Positions 19,663 to 33,600 of a stretch of 64,000 nt of DNA are shown here, in pieces. The notes below the pieces were generated by a model. It worked only from the letters and a program-made list of their open reading frames with translations. It did not search any database and was not told the origin of the DNA. How positions within the stretch are numbered: position 1 is the first letter of the stretch; every line of letters starts with the position of its first letter. This DNA is from Barthelona sp. PCE. Taxonomy: Eukaryota. Position numbers and translations under genes: made by a program. The stretch is from the NCBI GenBank assembly GCA_040285745.1, contig JAUFOR010000001.1:744001-808000 (forward strand), written 5' to 3'.

Positions 19663-22657
19663 TTACAAGTCACTAAAGGTTGTTGTGTTGACAGTACTCA
19701 CTGTCTCATCGAGTAAATTCTTGTATTCCTTATGAATTGGATCACCCAAAGATTTGCAGATATTGATGAGCGGTTTGAGCACCGATGACAACATTCGTTT
19801 ATCATCTTCAACAATGGGCAGTATGCTCTCATAAATTGTTCTTGCCTCTTCATGCCTCCTGCTAAAGTACAAGGCATCGGCCAAACATCTCTGGACAATG
19901 ATATCAACGCTGTCTCCCTTCCTCTCAATAAGAACAATATACGACCTGTACACTGTGGCAGCAAGGTTAAACAGCTTAAGAGAGCTGAAATTCTGTGCAA
20001 TGAGCAGCAAAAGTGAGAAATCTGACAAGTGCTCCTTTTTCGACAATGATTCGGTCAGCAAGACGTTGATCTCGTTCAGAAGTTTCTCTTTACGTTGCGT
20101 AATGGTGACATCCTCTTCCTCATGTGTTCCACTGGATGTTATAAGGATGCGCTTCTGTAAAAGGATTACAACATTTAGCAATACGTCAACCTGTTCAGGG
20201 TTCAGCATATTCGCCTGGTTTAGACAGTTCTCAGCAGTAATGAGATCCCCGAAGTGTAAGTAAGCAACACCGAGAGCCTGCCATATGTAGAAACATTGAC
20301 GAAGATCAGTGCGGTTGTCATCGTTAAGGTTTTCAAGCAAGAAGCTCTTGAGAGCACTGAAATTTGACTGTTTGATGAGCACAAATGCGAACAAAATAAT
20401 GGAGCGGTCATCGAACTTCTCATCGGTATTAAGAATCTTGAAGGCATGTAAGAAGTGTTGTTCCGACTGAACATAATCACCCTGGTAGTAAAGAAGCTGT
20501 CCTTGCAATAATCTAATTTCAATGGCTAGATCTCCGCTGTCTAACAAGATGACTTCATTGATGTATCGCTGTGCCGTTTCGAAAGATTTGGTGATGACGT
20601 GGATCTTGGCGAAGCGGAGATAAACACCAGCTTCGGCACCGTACATGTTTAGATACTCAATGAAGCAGAACTCTGCAAGCTGAAGGAAGTGCTTCTCGAG
20701 GAGGAAATCACCAAGGAAAAGAAGAATATTCTTATCTGCTGCATATTGCTTCTTGTAGTCGGCAGCACCGCGGTTGTTTTTGCGTTTGAGTTCAATGAGA
20801 TAGCACAAAGCAATATACAAGTCCTCGTTCAGGGTATCCTTGATGGAATCCAAAACTACATCAGCCTCATCCAACTTGTGTTGTGTTAATAGCACTAATC
20901 CATACAACAGGGTTAGTTCTCCACTGTTGCCTGCGTCGGCGAGCATGTCATGTAATAGTTCGTGTACCTTGTCGATCTCTAAGTCTTGCAATAGGAGAGA
21001 AAGAATCTCTGTTCCAACACTGATATTCGAAGACTGTCTAGTGAGGAGCTTTAACACTAGTTCGTCAAACTTCTCTCTCTCGCAAAGGTAATAGAAAACC
21101 TTGAGATTCCACATATCCGCTGATAAATCGAGCTCTTGTTGATTGTTAATCTTGACGTCTTCTAACAGCATCAAATTCATCTTCTCGACAATCATGGAAT
21201 GAACACTTGTAAAAACACCGTGCACGTCCTTAACATCGAGCTGCAGAGCCTGACACAGTCTGAGAAGCTTAACTTTCATGCTAGCACGCATTGTAGCGAA
21301 ACTACCGTTGGTGTTCAAATTCAAAAAGAGTTTTCTTTTGGCGCTATCGTAATCCTTTTGATCCTCCAGTGAAAGAAGGGCGAACTCCTGCTTCAGAGCA
21401 GTAACAATAGTTGCAATCTCATCATTGAATTCTTCCAAGACAATATCAGTGACACAGGACTCATTTTTGTCAGTTTTCTTCGGTAAGATATCATCAACTG
21501 AAATATCCAATGAATCGATGCGTCTAGCAGCAACTAGTGAAGGTGAGAAACGAACATCCACACTCCAAGTTGGTTTTTTATCATCTTCTTCACTAGAAAC
21601 CCAAAAGGCTTTATATTGGGCCATAATCTCCTGATCCTGCCCATCTTTGACACGGCGACTGCTCTTAACAGACTTCAATGCCTTCTTACTACCCTTTCCT
21701 TTCTTGCCAGCAGCACTTGAAGGGGGTTCATTCTCGCTTTCAAGTTCCTGTAATGCTGTATAGAAGGACTCTCCTTGAGTAATAGGGACAACAAACTGCT
21801 TGTCCTCGATACCTGGCCTCAAAAGGTTTTGAAGAGCTACAGTGCATTCGATAGAGTTAAAGAATAGACCATAAGAATCCATCGAGTCTTCAAGATTCCT
21901 GTTTAGGTTAAAATGTAATTGGAATCCTTTCTTTTCGACCAAGATATCTCTGACGTTCTCCAAAAGTAAGAATTGTTTCTCAGAAAACTCTATTTGTCCT
22001 GTATTTTCATCCAATTTTCCAGTTAAGAAACAAGGGTACGTCATCTCTGGAAGCTCAAAGCTTAGCTTGTAGACAAAATCAGCTCCGTGCTCACCATCAT
22101 AAACTGGGATAGAAAGTGCACCGGGGGTAAGTGTAAGGATGAAGAACTCTTCGCTATTCTTCAAATGTTTTGGATAGTTGTTCACTTTAACACCAAAGCT
22201 TATGAATAGCTCCTGTTCGGGAATTTCCTCCGCTGCAAGTTCCTCCTCAAAGTCTTCGGATGCCAAATGATGGTTGACAGAGAAATCCAGTTTCTCATCC
22301 TGTAAGAATCCCTCCATACTATGCTCCTCACTCACGTAGAGTTCGATGCGGCGGGTCTCCTTTTTCTTCTTCTTTTCCGTGAAGATTAACTTATATGAGA
22401 ATTTCTCGTTCAAAATCATGTTGTAGATATCGTACATAAAAGGCATGTCTAAAACTAGCCCCTCTTCGAAGGATACTGTTCCTTCTTCAGTGATTACAGC
22501 TGTTAATTGTGCAGCTTCTGTTTGAAACGGAAAATTCCATTGAATGGTACAATACAGCTCTTTTCCTGCTGAAAATGGTAAATTGTGAATGTCGTTCACA
22601 TTTATCTCTTAATGTTAGACGTTGAATTCATTTATATGTGTTAAAAAAAATACCCAT
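19663..22657 (-). CDS. CFAP70: Cilia/flagella-associated protein 70 (TTC18), 2 exons (22654-22657, 19663-22607), 982 aa
   Basis: KRKLFLNLNTNGSFATMRASMK and SPSLVAARR...VDDILP resemble CFAP70 blocks; C-terminal TPRs. Splicing ATGG|AG gives an in-frame MEINVND start. Confidence 0.78.
22608..22653 (-). other. Spliceosomal intron, 46 nt (CFAP70)
   Basis: GTATTT...TCTAACATTAAG; removal supplies the ATG missing from the GTG-started ORF. Confidence 0.85.
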
Positions 22658-22925
22658 CTGATATGTTTGTGCTTCTCCCTCGACTAGATTGGCCTCAAGC
22701 TCCATGTTTCAATAATATGTGACTGATAAGGGGTCTAAAGTTTGCAAAAATAATAAAGAAAGGGCAAAAAAGCTTTACAAGCAGAAGTAAGAGTGATATA
22801 TTCGCAATTACGTTGGTGCATCATAAGATCAATATAATGGCTTGCCGCCAGAACAAGTATCGCTATTTCCTCACAAACAATTGTTTATTTTTGTTTCACC
22901 TTCTTTTACACACTATCGGTTTCTA

Positions 22926-24515
22926 ATGAACGCTCCAAACAAAAACAGCTCCAAATTACCAGATCTAAAGGAGCTGATCAAAGCACGAAACTGGTCAGGT
23001 GCTTCAACTTTATTGCAACATGAACTCGAGAGTTCTGACATGAATTCTGAGGAATATCTTAACACATTACATTGGTACGGCTATTGCACGTTTCACCTGG
23101 GAGATTACATGAAGGCGGGAGAAGTTTACCAGCAGCTCATTGAGAAGGTAGATAACCCGCAGCTATTTCTTGACTTAGCATGTTGCTACTATAAACTCAA
23201 CCAGTTCAACGAAGCGCGGGAGGTGGCATCCAATGGACAAGAATGTTCTCTTAAAACTCGTTTACTCTTCAGTGTTTCAACTTTACTGGATGAGTCCAGT
23301 CAGCAGAATGTCACATTTGACGACCTTGAGTCACAGTTGACCATGGCCGCCATGCACGTGCGTAAGGGTAGATATGACGATGCACTGGCCATTTATAAAG
23401 GTATTTTACTAGACAACAGAAACCTTACAGGTGTGTTTATTCCTGCAGCAATCTGCTATTTCAAGCTTGGATATTCGGATGTCGCATCTGATATGATTAG
23501 GATATATTTACAGAGAGTACCAGATTCGTTAACAGCAATTAATTTAAGGGCGTGTGTGGATTTCAAACTATTTGGTGCACGCGCTGCACTCGATGATATG
23601 GAGGAGTTATTAGTGCATCAAGCAACACATCCCACAGTGTTGAATAATGTGGCAGTTTTTAGAGGTGGTAAGAAAGGGCAGCAAGTGTGGTCAGGAATCA
23701 AACATAACAGTGTAGAGGCAAGAGTCAACCTCGCTATCGTACTTGTGCGGCAGGGAGCTATAGAAGAGGCGCACAATGTATTGACACAGTTTTCGACAGT
23801 TTTTGATCAGTACGTACCAGCCTTCCAACTTGTGAAGTCGAGTGTTTTATCTTCATTGGGGCAACAAAAGCAGGAGTCTCAGCTGCTGGAGACAGCAAGG
23901 AACGAGTTTCATGCACTCGGTTCATCCAAACGCGTTGCCAACACTGTGATTGGTCGGCAGTCAATGGCTTCTTATCACATTTTAACCGGAAACTTTGGTC
24001 AGGCTGTGCGCTTTTTACGCTCAATCGAGAGCTATTGCTCCGGCGAGCAGGGATTCCATGCCAACTATGGTATTGCATTGGGAGCGTGTGCACAGTTCAC
24101 AGAGGCGGTTGAGCACCTTGAAAAATGTGATGAGCCCCCAAAATTATGGTACGCTAGGTGTTTGATTCAGGTAGATCGTGCTGATGATGCTTGGAAGATT
24201 TATGAGAATAATAGTGGAGATATGACCCCAAAGGAGGTTACAACAATGCTTTTGCTGCTCGGTAATGATTGCTTTACTGCAGGTCACTTTTTGGAGTCAG
24301 CAAAAGCCTTCTCGGTGTTACTTGCTCAGGATGACTCTCATGATAACTGGACTGCATTTAGGGCTGCAATAGCAGGAGCATTCAGGAAGATTGTATACTC
24401 AGAGATGCAGCCAAAGTACTTGGGTGTAATTGTGGCACTGTTGGAGGGTTCCAGGAAGCCAAAGGCGTTAAGCATGGCTAATTCAATGAGAGATTGGGCG
24501 GAAACTGCTGCTTAG
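22926..24515 (+). CDS. IFT56: Intraflagellar transport protein 56 (TTC26/DYF-13)
   Basis: LPDLKELIKARNWSGASTLL, WYGYCTFHLGDY, AICYFKLGYSDVA, PDSLTAINLRAC, EARVNLAI, GRQSMAS. First ATG at 22926. Confidence 0.9.
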   Translation: MNAPNKNSSKLPDLKELIKARNWSGASTLLQHELESSDMNSEEYLNTLHWYGYCTFHLGDYMKAGEVYQQLIEKVDNPQLFLDLACCYYKLNQFNEAREVASNGQECSLKTRLLFSVSTLLDESSQQNVTFDDLESQLTMAAMHVRKGRYDDALAIYKGILLDNRNLTGVFIPAAICYFKLGYSDVASDMIRIYLQRVPDSLTAINLRACVDFKLFGARAALDDMEELLVHQATHPTVLNNVAVFRGGKKGQQVWSGIKHNSVEARVNLAIVLVRQGAIEEAHNVLTQFSTVFDQYVPAFQLVKSSVLSSLGQQKQESQLLETARNEFHALGSSKRVANTVIGRQSMASYHILTGNFGQAVRFLRSIESYCSGEQGFHANYGIALGACAQFTEAVEHLEKCDEPPKLWYARCLIQVDRADDAWKIYENNSGDMTPKEVTTMLLLLGNDCFTAGHFLESAKAFSVLLAQDDSHDNWTAFRAAIAGAFRKIVYSEMQPKYLGVIVALLEGSRKPKALSMANSMRDWAETAA

Positions 24516-24655
24516 TTTTTGGTGTAAAAATTGTAATTTGCAGCATTGTTTTTAGCAGTTTGACTCCCTTTATGTTAATAAAATAAGTTTAGAGAAAATC
24601 TGTTGTTTCTTTCTTTTTTTCCCTTCTCATTGGTGTTCAAACTGACATCGTGGAT

Positions 24656-25516
24656 ATGTCTATCCCTCTCTGTGACTCACTCTCGTTTGGAATTAATAAC
24701 GTATTCGCTTCCACAAATGGAGTACTTTTGTTTTTATCAAAAGGAAGATTAATAGCTCAGCGGAGTGCAGAAGAGCACATCGAAATCAAGGGCAGGGCGA
24801 GCTTCACATCGTTTTCTGCTTCAGAACTCCCAGGAAGCAGTGACATCCTGGTAGCTCTCTGTTCAGCCGAGGATTTCACAGTTTACATAATTCAGGATAT
24901 GATGCAAAGTGTCATTTATGAAAATTACCAACGCACATTAGCCGTTAGCGTTTATGGACAACATATTCTTAGCTATGATGGTGAGACAGCACAAATCTTT
25001 GAGTACAGTTCTCTGACCCTTGCATGTGAACCAATGTGCACATTGCCATTGGGTCCCACAGTGACTTGTATCACGTTAAATGAAAACAAAATTGGTTTTG
25101 CCACTCAAACACAAATGCGCATTGTTGATTTTGAAAATAACACGCTTTTAGAACATAATTTACCAATGAAAAACGATGACGTCGACACATCAGTACGTAG
25201 CGCGTTTTTAGTGGCTTGTTTTTCTGGTGATGCCTTAGTTGTAGGTGGCGATGATGGTGTTATTTGTATACTTGAAAATGGAGGTAATTTTAGTACATCA
25301 AGAACACACTTTGGGCTCATCTCAGCCCTCGTGCCAACAACAGGTAACGAGTTTGTCATTGGTTCCGTTGATGGTCGTGTTCTCAAAACTGCTTGTAGTT
25401 TAAGACAACAAGATTTACAAATTTTCGAGCATCATGGATGTGTAGGTGTGTGTTATATTAATGGAATTTGCTATGCAGCGCTCTTTGACCATAAAGAATT
25501 ATCTCCATGTTTTTAA
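24656..25516 (+). CDS. Divergent WD40/beta-propeller protein
   Basis: LVVGGDDGVICI, H-FGLISAL, FVIGSVDGRV repeat motifs. First ATG at 24656. Confidence 0.7.
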   Translation: MSIPLCDSLSFGINNVFASTNGVLLFLSKGRLIAQRSAEEHIEIKGRASFTSFSASELPGSSDILVALCSAEDFTVYIIQDMMQSVIYENYQRTLAVSVYGQHILSYDGETAQIFEYSSLTLACEPMCTLPLGPTVTCITLNENKIGFATQTQMRIVDFENNTLLEHNLPMKNDDVDTSVRSAFLVACFSGDALVVGGDDGVICILENGGNFSTSRTHFGLISALVPTTGNEFVIGSVDGRVLKTACSLRQQDLQIFEHHGCVGVCYINGICYAALFDHKELSPCF

Positions 25517-25529
25517 TGAGTAAAAATTG

Positions 25530-27479
25530 TTAGTTGAAAGGACTTCTGTTTTTCTTCATCTCATGAGTTTTTCTGTTCATTCTGATTACATTAAATCCAC
25601 GTGTGAGGCAGTCAATAATAGATATAGATGTATAAATTGGTTTAGAAAGCATTTCATTTGTTAACGAATAAGAAAAAGAATCAACTTTCAAATCAGATAT
25701 ACAGTCATAAAACACACTAAAATGCCACGCTTCATTGCAAGTCATACATCCTGTTTTGCAATGACGTTCATCAATAAGGGTTTCTTCTAACGAGAATTCT
25801 ACAACATCTTCACCAACGATTCGATAAGCAACATTATTAATGATAATGACATCTTCTGATACCCATGTGTAAATACATGAGTGGAAATTTTCAAATAACA
25901 TGGTCTTTTTTGCCAAATCGAAAATAAACTTGTGCAAATGCGTTTGCAACATGAACAAATCACTATTAAAAGGATTCACACAGATCTCACGTATATTAGC
26001 AGCAGAGGATACTAACAACCACTCCATATCTCCATCATTCAAATAGCACAGCCAAATTCCATCGCTATTAGACGCACAGCAAACATTTTCAGTAACATAA
26101 TGAACAGTAAAGTACTTTCCAGGCTGACCATCAAAGGGTGCTCTGTGCCATTGCCCTTTATAAAAGAAAGAGAACTCTTCCTTATGCCATATCATCAGAG
26201 AATCGCCCCATACGCACACACGTTTCGGATCCATGTTTTCAATTAACGGTTCTGACAATGTGAAATTATCAGACATGCGCATATAATAAAGATTTCCATT
26301 TTCAATAAAAAAACAATCATGCATAGTTGAACGAACTAGGTGTTTCGTTGCTTCATCATCATGTAAAATTATAAAGCTCTTGTCGCCTTCGAGATCGATA
26401 TATGGAAATCCATCAGTGGACATTGAAAGAAATCCACGCTTAAGAATCACTCTACATTTTGTTGACATGGAGAAAAGCACACCTTGAGTTAATTTTCCCC
26501 AATATTCATCAATTTTTCCGTTTTGAAATGTCATTCCCATGTAAAACCCATCGTTTTTTATAGGAGTCATCGAATGGCTATTGTTTCCAACATAATGATA
26601 TTGAGAAAACATGATACTGCCAAAATTTTTGTATTGATTAATGATTTCATTATTTTTATATTCAAACAACGAAGATTCAACGTAGTATCCATGTAAAGAT
26701 AAAGAAAAATCTTCTGTAAAAGGATTTCCGTGAATAATAGCGCTTCCAAAATTGTGAATCGGTGGACATCCAATTTTAACGTATTCACCGTTCTCAGCCA
26801 CAATGACAGCGTGGTCTTTCTGTGAAAATGAGAGTAAAAGTTGAAGCTTGGTATTTATGATGGGAATAACATGACAACCGTCTAAACCATTAAAAAGAAA
26901 TGGAACTTCGTGTATAAGGTATTCGAATTTCTCAAAATTAGTGATTTCCAGCACATATACTACGTCAGATACTCTATCAACGGCTAACATCGGAAATATT
27001 GAAGCATTCTGCAAGCCAAGTATTTTGTATCCCTCAATTCTGTGCTCAATAGTATTGTTTAATATGTTGAAAAAGAGCACGTTCATTATTAATTGACCTC
27101 TTTCATTTGATGCATGTTCAGTAATTAAAGCATATTTGTTTTTCAGAAAGGAAAGATTAGTAACGTTATAATATATTTCAGGGATGTTAAGCATATGGTC
27201 TGATTCATGCTTAAGTAACCCTTCATCAGTACATATGAACATTTTAATTTCAAAATTTTGAGAAAAACCTATACGTTTATATGAAGCATAGTAATTGTCT
27301 GAGCATAGACATTTTGTTAACATAGAAAGATCCGCATCCACTTTAAGATCAGAACGGTGGACCTTTCTGATGTTTAAACTGAGTTCATTACTATCTGGTG
27401 ATAAAAAACAAAATTCCCCATCATTAACACATCCCACGTAACCATTTTCAAAAACTTGAGTAACTATGTGCCTTGGCAT
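25530..27479 (-). CDS. Lineage-specific beta-rich family protein (~650 aa), paralog of 49119-50969
   Basis: Starts MPRH (ATG 27479) and shares the (V/H)NP(F/Y)..LF motif and C-terminal pattern with the 616-aa ORF. Confidence 0.72.
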   Translation of the reverse strand: MPRHIVTQVFENGYVGCVNDGEFCFLSPDSNELSLNIRKVHRSDLKVDADLSMLTKCLCSDNYYASYKRIGFSQNFEIKMFICTDEGLLKHESDHMLNIPEIYYNVTNLSFLKNKYALITEHASNERGQLIMNVLFFNILNNTIEHRIEGYKILGLQNASIFPMLAVDRVSDVVYVLEITNFEKFEYLIHEVPFLFNGLDGCHVIPIINTKLQLLLSFSQKDHAVIVAENGEYVKIGCPPIHNFGSAIIHGNPFTEDFSLSLHGYYVESSLFEYKNNEIINQYKNFGSIMFSQYHYVGNNSHSMTPIKNDGFYMGMTFQNGKIDEYWGKLTQGVLFSMSTKCRVILKRGFLSMSTDGFPYIDLEGDKSFIILHDDEATKHLVRSTMHDCFFIENGNLYYMRMSDNFTLSEPLIENMDPKRVCVWGDSLMIWHKEEFSFFYKGQWHRAPFDGQPGKYFTVHYVTENVCCASNSDGIWLCYLNDGDMEWLLVSSAANIREICVNPFNSDLFMLQTHLHKFIFDLAKKTMLFENFHSCIYTWVSEDVIIINNVAYRIVGEDVVEFSLEETLIDERHCKTGCMTCNEAWHFSVFYDCISDLKVDSFSYSLTNEMLSKPIYTSISIIDCLTRGFNVIRMNRKTHEMKKNRSPFN

Positions 27480-27665
27480 GACTCTTCCTTTTGAAAAGGG
27501 AAAAAAATTGATATGAATGAATTTGAAGGATTTCTTGTGATAAAACAATTAGTATGAGTGTGATATAATAACAAACACTTTACTACAAATTAATTAAAGA
27601 AAGAAAGGAAGAAGAATAATAGAACACAAAAAACAACAAAATATGCAACACAGAAAGAGAAATGC

Positions 27666-30600
27666 TTACATTTCAATGGATGGGTTTGCAACCATGTCCT
27701 GTAACTCCAAACTCTGAGGAGGAATAAAGGACATCTGTGAAGGTTGCACAGAGATGGTCATCTTGTTCATTGGCTTAGTTTTGCTCCTCAAGAAGCGCAT
27801 GCCAACAACAGCAAGGAGTGCTGCGACCACCAATGCAATAACAGCAACCATAACAATGGGGAATGATTCACCCTCCACACAAGCAGTATGCATGGAATTG
27901 GATGAAGAACCCTCAGGACAGGAGCGACAAGAAGCAGCACCAACGATGGTAGAGATATGGTTCTCAGGACAAACAGAACAAGAAGTTCCATCACCGTAGT
28001 AACCACGAGCGCAATCAATACAAGTGTTATCGACAAGCTTCTCACCAGGATCACATGAGACAGAGACGACTCTTGTCTCAATGATAGCAACCTGCTCTTC
28101 CTCAACAACCTTTGCAATTTGAGTGGTCTCAACAAAGACTATATCACCAGTCAGTAGAACATCATCAACACAGGCTTCTCTGAACATGCCTTGGAGTTCA
28201 CCACATGCATCTTCAGCAGCAGCAACCTCTTCTACAGCGAAAGTAACTTCATCAGTGAACATAGGTGCGGTTGTGTTAAGAGGATAAGTTGAAGTAAAGA
28301 TAGAATCTCCAACATCAACAGAGACATTGTAACCCATTGACCAAGTCCACAATTCACGTTGTGTCTCAAGCTCACGAGGAGGATTGACGACACCAATGGT
28401 TGAAGAAATGAGAGCAGGTTCTAAAAGCAAGGAATAGGATAGGGGTACCGTAATATTAGAGCTCTTAATGGGGTTTGCAAAACAAACTGAAGAGCCTGCG
28501 AAACGGAAACAGACGCCAGCTTCATTAGTATAGATGGTGGCGTTGTGCATTTCAAGTGATTTCACACAGGGGTTGACATCGTTGCCATTGCTGTCAGTAA
28601 TTGTAAGGAACTTACAATGCTTGAGCTCAGCAGAAGCAGAAGAATCAATTGCATCAGAGGGATCTTCACCACTAAAAGCGTTGACTTCCTCCTGCATAGC
28701 ATTGTAATCGGCTTCAATATCAGGGTATGCAGAGATGTTTGCACGTGTGAGATAGACACCAGCCTCATCATCAATATAGATGAACTCAGGTTCTTCTTCC
28801 TCAACGTAATCCTCTTCCTCCTCTTCAGTATACTGAGAAATCTCAAATGATACATCAGAAGCTTCAGCCTTAACAGCGAAGCCACCAAAGATAGAACCAG
28901 AGCCGTACTGCACATGTCTTGACTGAATCTCAAACACAGAGTTCTTTACCAGACTGAAGTCACCAACGGAATTGATGAGTCCATTAGACTTGGTGCGGTT
29001 TCCACCCAAGAACTGAATCTGGGGATCAGACCATCCTCCAATGGGCTTAAGAACACCGTCAGGGCATTCCTCAGGGTTTGTACAAGTAGAGACATCACAA
29101 GTAGCACTCTTTTTAGGGTTGGGACGCTTTGTCATATATCTTTCACAGAGCTCAATATCATTGGAGAAAACACAGCAATCGAAGAAGTGATCAAGAGACT
29201 CTTCAGGGTGCTTGAATGTCATTGAGTAGAGCATAGTGTTGTAAGCTGGGACAGTTTTCTTGAAGTCACCTGACTCAGACTCATAACAACACTGATATGT
29301 TGCATTGACGTCTTGTTCCAGAGGACGGACACAGATAACACCAGCGGAGATGGATGCCTGTGAAGTCTCGATACGAGCGTACTCGTCGTTATCAACACAA
29401 GCAAGGGTTTTAGGACAGATTAAATCATCAGTCCAAGTGGGCTCTGGATCAGTAGGATCTTCGGGCTCGATTTCGGGCTCGTCAATTGGTTCTTCACCCT
29501 CTGGATCATCAGCTTCATGATCTTCCAACCATTCAGGGAGGCACCATTTCTTTTGCTTCTTAGTATAACACTTCCACCAAAGCCATTCCTCATCCTTGCC
29601 TTGCATATAAGAAGGAATATCGTCATCATCATCATCATTGTTACCGTTTGTTGGGATTTCGGGAACGTATTCAACGCCGTCTAACCAAGCAACGCAACGA
29701 TCCTTGAAGAGAGTAGGAGCTACTGGAACACGGACTTGACGGCATACAAGCTGACATTCTCCGGAGAACCAAAATTCACAATCAGCCTCACAAATTTGCT
29801 TTGTACCAGGTAAATCGTCAACGATTTCGGATGAGATAGCCTTGATCAGCTGAATAATATCCTGGGCACGTTCAATAGCACCAAAGATCATGCTCTTGTG
29901 AACACAAGTATGACCAATGTATTCGGAAGAACCGTTAAAGGCAATGTAAACGTTCAGAGGAACGTCGCTATTAGGACAATCCCATGTTGTGAGATCGGTG
30001 TTCTCGAGAAGAGCATCAATATCAACGGTTTGAGGATCGTGACTAAGGTCAATCGTGAGGTTACTTGTCTTTGCGAAGAAAAGATCCGTTAGGTCCTTGA
30101 ATAATTCGCTGAGTTGAGCCTCCATATTGGTGATCTCACCATCCTCGTCAAACTCGATAACCAAACGGTTACCACTGACAGGGAAAGCAGAGATACCTGT
30201 TTTTGTAAATGTGGAAGAAGCCTTGAGGAGTTGAGTATCAGTCATAACCATAGCCTCATAAGTGCCAGATTTCAGGGTGGGATCAATGTCAACGACAGGT
30301 TCAACATCATCGTTAAGGAAAACAGGGAACTCGTAAACTTCAGAAGCGTCCTCAGTATTACGGAGGATTAAGTCAAGATCAAAACCATCTACAAGGAAGT
30401 AAGCAATGTTAGGATCGCTTAAAATCTTTACGATACCACCAGAAGAGGTATCAGGGTGAATAGAGAGTTTGTTCATACGAACAGCTTGGTTCTTAACAGC
30501 GAAACCAGAAGGTAGGCTGATACCAGTACCACTAATTTCATCATAAGCACCACCCAAAGTGAGGAGCAATTGCCAGGCTGGAGCGCCCAACAGAGAAGCC

Positions 30601-33600
30601 TCGCCGTTGAAGAACATTCCAACCTCCTTCATAGAATATGCCTGACCGACAGCAAACTTGTAAACGCGACCGTTGTACATGTTGAAATCGGGATAAGGAC
30701 GGAACGAAAGGCGGAGGAATGAGTGGAACATAATCATATTATATGTATCAGCAGGGATGTTTCTGGGGGTGAATGAGTGAATTAATTTCTTGACCGAACC
30801 ATCAAGGTACATAAACAATTCATTTGATGTGAAGTTGTAAGTGAGACCCAGTTCGATGATTCGTGCGTTTCCACTGAAAGGAATAGAGAAGGGGTAGTGA
30901 AGTGCCTTGTTGTTGAAGTACACCTCAAGACCACGTCCGAAACGAGTGATAGAAACACCAAACCAAATACGTGAACCCTTATAGATGGAGGCAATACCAA
31001 GACGGCCGTGGCCAGTTCTAGAAGAAAGACCGTGGCTGAACTTAATCATCATAGTGATACCATCAGTAACAGTCTCATTGAACTTGACTGTAGTATAAGG
31101 TGCAGAACGAGTATTACCAGCAGGTGTTGTCACCGCAGGGGTGATGATCTTATCGGAAACAATACAACGATCCTGATTGATGGATACAGCACCTGAACAA
31201 TGATGACAGGTGGAATCACCAACAGCAGACCAGTAACCAGTCAGACAGCGGATTTCTTGGACTGGGGTACAACGGTGGCCAGCTGGGCACACCTTACATG
31301 AACCAGTGTTAGGAGTAGTGACATCGGGCTTGTAGAAGAGTGAGTAGTGAGCTAACGAGTTGCAGCTGCGGACACAACGTTGAAGATAAGGAATCTCAGA
31401 AGTGTGACATTCAGCAACACAGCCACGGTGACCAGGCTTAAGGAACATGTCAGAAGGACAAATAGCACACTCAGAAGCGCTGGAGTTGGAGTATTTACGG
31501 GTGTTAACCTCGAAACAACTTGTCATGGTGTTGTTCTTACAGGCTGAACCGGCAGGACAGCCATAACATACGTTTTCGTTGTCGTTCAGAGAAGCATCAC
31601 TAAGATATGAACCATCAGGGCAAGTATCGTGACACTCACCAGACTGGAGAACACGGCCCTCCTCGGCACAACGAGTGATACAACCACTACGATCCTTCTT
31701 CATATGCTTAGCACCACAGCTACGGCAGTCCGAAGCGTATGTTGAACCAGCAACACTGTAAAGGTCGGCATCGCAATCGTGCTTCTCCTCCATTGAGCAG
31801 TATGAACCAGGAGGACATTCGGTGTTACCAGTCTCCTCGTCCCAATAAAAACCGTCTTCAGTACGTGACAGACGGCAGGTCTTGTCAGTCTCATTTGTGA
31901 TCATCAGTGTGGGGCACTGTTCAACACAAGACTTTGTCTCGGGAATGACATACATGTTACATCCTTCAATACAAGAACCGTTAGGGTAACCGTAAAGGCT
32001 ACCAGGACACTCGCCAACACAGTCAGACTTGTCAGGAAGAAGCTTCTCATCGCTGGCACATGTCTTACATGTCAGAGCACCAGTATCGGCAGCCTTATCA
32101 TCAGCACATTCAGTACACTCAGTAGAAGCTGGGCTGGAACTGAAGTGATGCACTGGGCAAAAAGAGCACGAACCTGACCCTTCGTTAGCAGAAAACGAAC
32201 CAGGGTTACACCATGTGCATTCAAAGGCACCTTCTTCACTGAAGTAACCAGCTTCACAAATTTCAAATGTGGTGCTACCCTCAGTTGGGACATAGTAACC
32301 CTCTGGGGCAGGTTGACAGACTGAAGCGGAGTATGTGGTGGAGTAGTTACCCTTGGGGCAAGGTGTACACACACGCTCTTCATCATAGTACTCACCAGGA
32401 GGACAAGAAGTTACACATGCAGCATGACCATCACCACGAGCAAAGTGGATGTTTGAATCACAAATAATGGGGGTGGTCATATTATTGGTGGGGCACTCAT
32501 GGAAAACAGGACAAGCTAAGATTTCATTGGTGGTTGTGTTGAAGTACTCACCAGGAATGGAAGTACGACAATAATGGGACTCGGCCATGTATACCTCGAA
32601 CTTTGCGGCATCACAAGATTCACAAGTGAAAGAACCAGCAGAAGCATGAGAATCAACGGGACAAGCTTCACAAGTATAATCAGCCTTGGGGATTTCATCC
32701 TCACCACACTTAAGACCCATAAAGATCTTCTTGCGGGCAACCTTACCATCAGGGAAGTTGAAGGTCATGACTTCCATACCAAGATCAAAGATTTCAACGA
32801 TTCCGATAGCATCAGCAGTTTCAACTGCATTGAAGTTAACTGTGATTGAGGTGTCCTGAACGGAAATGTGCAAAAGCATGTTATGGGCAGCCATTAAGCA
32901 GTACTTCTCGGTAGCACAACGGATCTTAATATCGTTAGGGTGTTCAAAGAAGTTAAACTTTGTGAATGGAATCTCTGTCTCTTCAAATTGATAAGAAATA
33001 CCAAACTCACCTCCAATACCAACATAAACCTTATCGACTTCATCACAAGTAACAAAGACACGGACTTCATCAGTAGAAAGTTGGAAGGGGTGGAAAAGAC
33101 AAGACTCAATAGGAAGATCGTGGACTGAGTTGGCAGTGCCAGCTTCACCACCCTTGTAGGCGTATGTGAAGATTTCAATACCACGTTGCATGACAAACAG
33201 TCCATCGTGAATACCTTCAATGTTAATGATGGGGTTTGCAGCGAGATCTAAAGAATGAGAATATTCGTTCAAAGTGGATGTGGTGAAGTTAACCTCATAG
33301 ACCTTGGTAGCAGTCAAGTAAACAGCATGATCCTTCCAGAGATAACCAGTAATGGCTTTATCAGCCAAGGTACGCATAAGAGAAACGCCCATGTTGTTGA
33401 GACGAGCAGTGAACGAGTTAGAAATTAACCCACCAAGGCTCATAACGTAAGCATAACCATCGTATCTCTCATAAACCTTCACAAAGTCACCGGAACCGAA
33501 TGAAACACCAGCAACATCAGAAATATCAGAGAAATCACCAATAGACATCTTGAGCTGAGGGGTAAAAGCGGAAACCTTATCAGCATAGATGTCACCATCA